From Paragordius varius (taxonomy: Eukaryota > Animalia > Nematomorpha): DNA of 64,000 nucleotides. The position numbers and the translations under genes were made by a program. Positions 62,301-64,000 of the stretch are shown piece after piece. Position 1 is the first letter of the stretch. Each line of letters starts with the position of its first letter. The stretch lies in NCBI GenBank assembly GCA_964247055.1, contig OZ176050.1, forward strand, positions 14,508,001-14,572,000, given 5' to 3'. The notes beneath the pieces are model-generated. The model worked only from the letters and a program-made list of their open reading frames with translations. It did not search any database and was not told where the DNA came from.

Positions 62301-62779
62301 ATTACATAAAAAATTAAAATTAAATAATTTAAAATATTACATACAGTATTTAAATTTTTTTACTCAAACTTTAAGTTTGTATATATTTTTCAAAATTTTA
62401 TTAATAAAATTAAATAATTTAAAATATTACATAAAAAATTAAAATTAAATAATTTAAAATGCATACTGTATTTAACTTTTTTTTGCTATAACTTTAAATT
62501 TATTTATGTTTATTTCAAAATTTTAATAATAATTTTAAAAAATTAATAAAAAATTAATAAAAAAATTAAAATTAAATAACCATTAAAATGCATACAGTAT
62601 TTAACTTTTTTTTTACTCAAACTTAAAGTTTGTGCATTTTATTCAGGAAGATATACAAGAAGAATATGGTTGGAAATTGGTTCATGGCGATGTTTTCCGA
62701 ACACCCCGAAGGGCACTTCTCTTATCAGTTTTTTTGGGTTCGGGAACTCAAATTATTTTAATGACATTTTTTACCCTCA
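49785..62779 (+). CDS. TM9SF2: Transmembrane 9 superfamily member 2 (nonaspanin), 3' part beyond the window
   Basis: Exons 49785-49913, 49988-50055, 50291-50387, 51343-51470, 56771-56909, 58238-58371, 59131-59248, 59756-59835, 60587-60692 and 62647-62779 join in frame: [69 protein letters not shown]. Confidence 0.96.
51505..52025. mobile_element. F21 MITE copy in TM9SF2 intron 4
   Basis: TATACCATTTA start with the left arm internally duplicated, core, and right 21-bp array. Confidence 0.8.
53054..56643. mobile_element. 3.6 kb foldback element (giant TIRs, Tc1/mariner-type TA/CAGT ends)
   Basis: TA|CAGTATGCATTTTAATG..CATTAAAATGCATACTG|TA. Arms 53054-~54739 and ~54839-56643 are reverse complements, with ~110-bp internal subrepeats and one extra unit in the right arm. 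Confidence 0.93.
57778..58163. mobile_element. F21 MITE copy
   Basis: CCATTTACAG left end, core, right array ending TGTAAATGGTATA. Confidence 0.8.
58500..59095. repeat. F21 MITE with an expanded, homogeneous 21-bp tandem array (58679-59090)
   Basis: Roughly 19 units of GGGTGAATTTGAATTGTTTAA; this array is the source of the repetitive ORFs in the track. Confidence 0.92.
61085..62635 (+). repeat. ~100-130 bp AT-rich satellite in TM9SF2 intron 9
   Basis: Repeated AAAATTAAATAATTTAAAATATTACATACAGTATTTAACTTTTTTTACTCAAACTTTAAGTTTGTATATATTTTTCAAAATTTTAAT units. Confidence 0.93.
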
Positions 62780-63046
62780 GTAAGTTTAAATTTTTTATGT
62801 CATATATAGGCTATTGTTGATGATTTTATATATATATATATATATATATTTAGAATTGTCAAACATACGTTTTTCAATTGATTTTACTTTGTTTTTAATT
62901 GTTTTTACAATAAATAGGCTATTATTATTTTAAGGCTTAAAAATGCGCGCATGTTGAAAGTTGACATATCAAACATCATCATAGCAATTAAAAACAAAGT
63001 AAAATCAATTAAAAACGTATGTTTGACAATTCTAAATATATATATA

Positions 63047-63460
63047 TACCATTTACATTCTTTAAATTCACCTCTTGAACAATTCAAATTACAAATTAAC
63101 CCTAAAAATAAATTATGTGTACTTCTACGATATAAAATTAGCGTTTTTTAATGTTTTTTAATATATTTTATAAAAAATAAAATAATGTTTAAAATAAAAT
63201 AATTCTGAAAATAATTTGAAATTATGATGCCATAAACATATATTTCATATTTATTTCAGTATTATTTTATTTTAAACAAAATAAAGATAATTATATATCG
63301 TAAGCTGCCCGAAACTTATAATTCATTTTTAGGGTGAATTTGAATTGGTCGAGGGTGATTTTAAATTTTTTGAGGGGAATTTGAATTTTTCAAGGGTGAC
63401 GAATTGTTAGAGGGTGAATTTGAATTGTTTAAGGATGAATTTGAATTGTAAATGGTATAT
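63047..63460. mobile_element. F21 MITE copy; another begins at ~63967
   Basis: TACCATTTACA..TGTAAATGGTATA termini with 21-bp units. Confidence 0.8.
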
Positions 63461-63675
63461 AATAAAATATTTTAATTAAATAGTTTATTACGTGGTTAAA
63501 ATCATGGTAAGGTTGTAAAAGGGTTGTGTTTGTTGAAAAAAATATAATTGTCTCATAATTTTTAAATTTTTTCCTTAGACTTCATCCAGTTTTATAACAT
63601 TCTTTTAACAATTGGCATACGGATTTTTTAAATTTTTTCGCAAAAACCCATTGATTGTCAATTTTTCCTGCACAG

Positions 63676-63850
63676 TTTTTGCATGTTTGGGTTTTTTATC
63701 ACCTGCAAATCGAAAAAAGCTGTTGTACATGTGCTTATTAGCCTATTTTATATAATGAGGAGGGACATTTCAAGAATTACATATTTTATTTTCATTTTTT
63801 TGACTATATATTTTATAGTTTTTGCGTGTTTGAGTTTTATATAACTTCTT
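63676..63850 (+). pseudogene. Two degenerate copies of the next TM9SF2 exon start
   Basis: CAG|TTTTTGCATGTTTGGGT (FACLGFLSPANR, then frameshift and stops) at 63676; TAG|TTTTTGCGTGTTTGAGT (FACLSF*) at 63819. Confidence 0.6.
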
Positions 63851-64000
63851 AGTTTAGGGTTAGGTATAACCGATGAATGCCCTTAAAATATAGGATATTC
63901 TTTATGCTTTGATGGATAACAAATAAAATATATATCTAGCTAAAAAATTAGGATTTCCTTTAAGTATACCATTTACAGTTCAAATTCACCCTAAAAATAT

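Overview
AT-rich eukaryotic (very probably animal) genomic DNA with spliced genes; the organism cannot be named from sequence alone. Six conserved genes can be reconstructed by hand: the 3' half of TFIIS/TCEA (+, 105-2125), LLPH (+), TXNDC15 (-), SPRING1/C12orf49 (+), GORAB (-) and most of TM9SF2 (+, runs off the window). A chain of small exons at about 21.8-28.5 kb, missed by the ORF track, encodes a VWD-like extracellular protein. The remainder is dense in mobile DNA: four related Ty3/gypsy (Mag-like) elements (one intact, 1267-aa Gag-Pol), a Penelope-like element with a ~0.7 kb inverted repeat, a 3.6 kb foldback element, several MITE families (piggyBac-, hAT-, Tc1/mariner-type, and one with 21-bp arrays), a probable Helentron-type element and a TE-derived satellite. 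Main leads: (1) two different gypsy elements share the AAGAC TSD and the 10-bp target aAAGACtaaa; (2) 26-36 nt micro-introns coexist with multi-kb introns, a GC-AG intron and a U12-type AT-AC intron; (3) a host threonine-dehydratase 5' fragment is fused in frame to gypsy pol; (4) the foldback palindrome shows an identity gradient; (5) splice acceptors and exon starts of TM9SF2 are repeatedly duplicated. All alignments and translations were done by eye and no database was searched.
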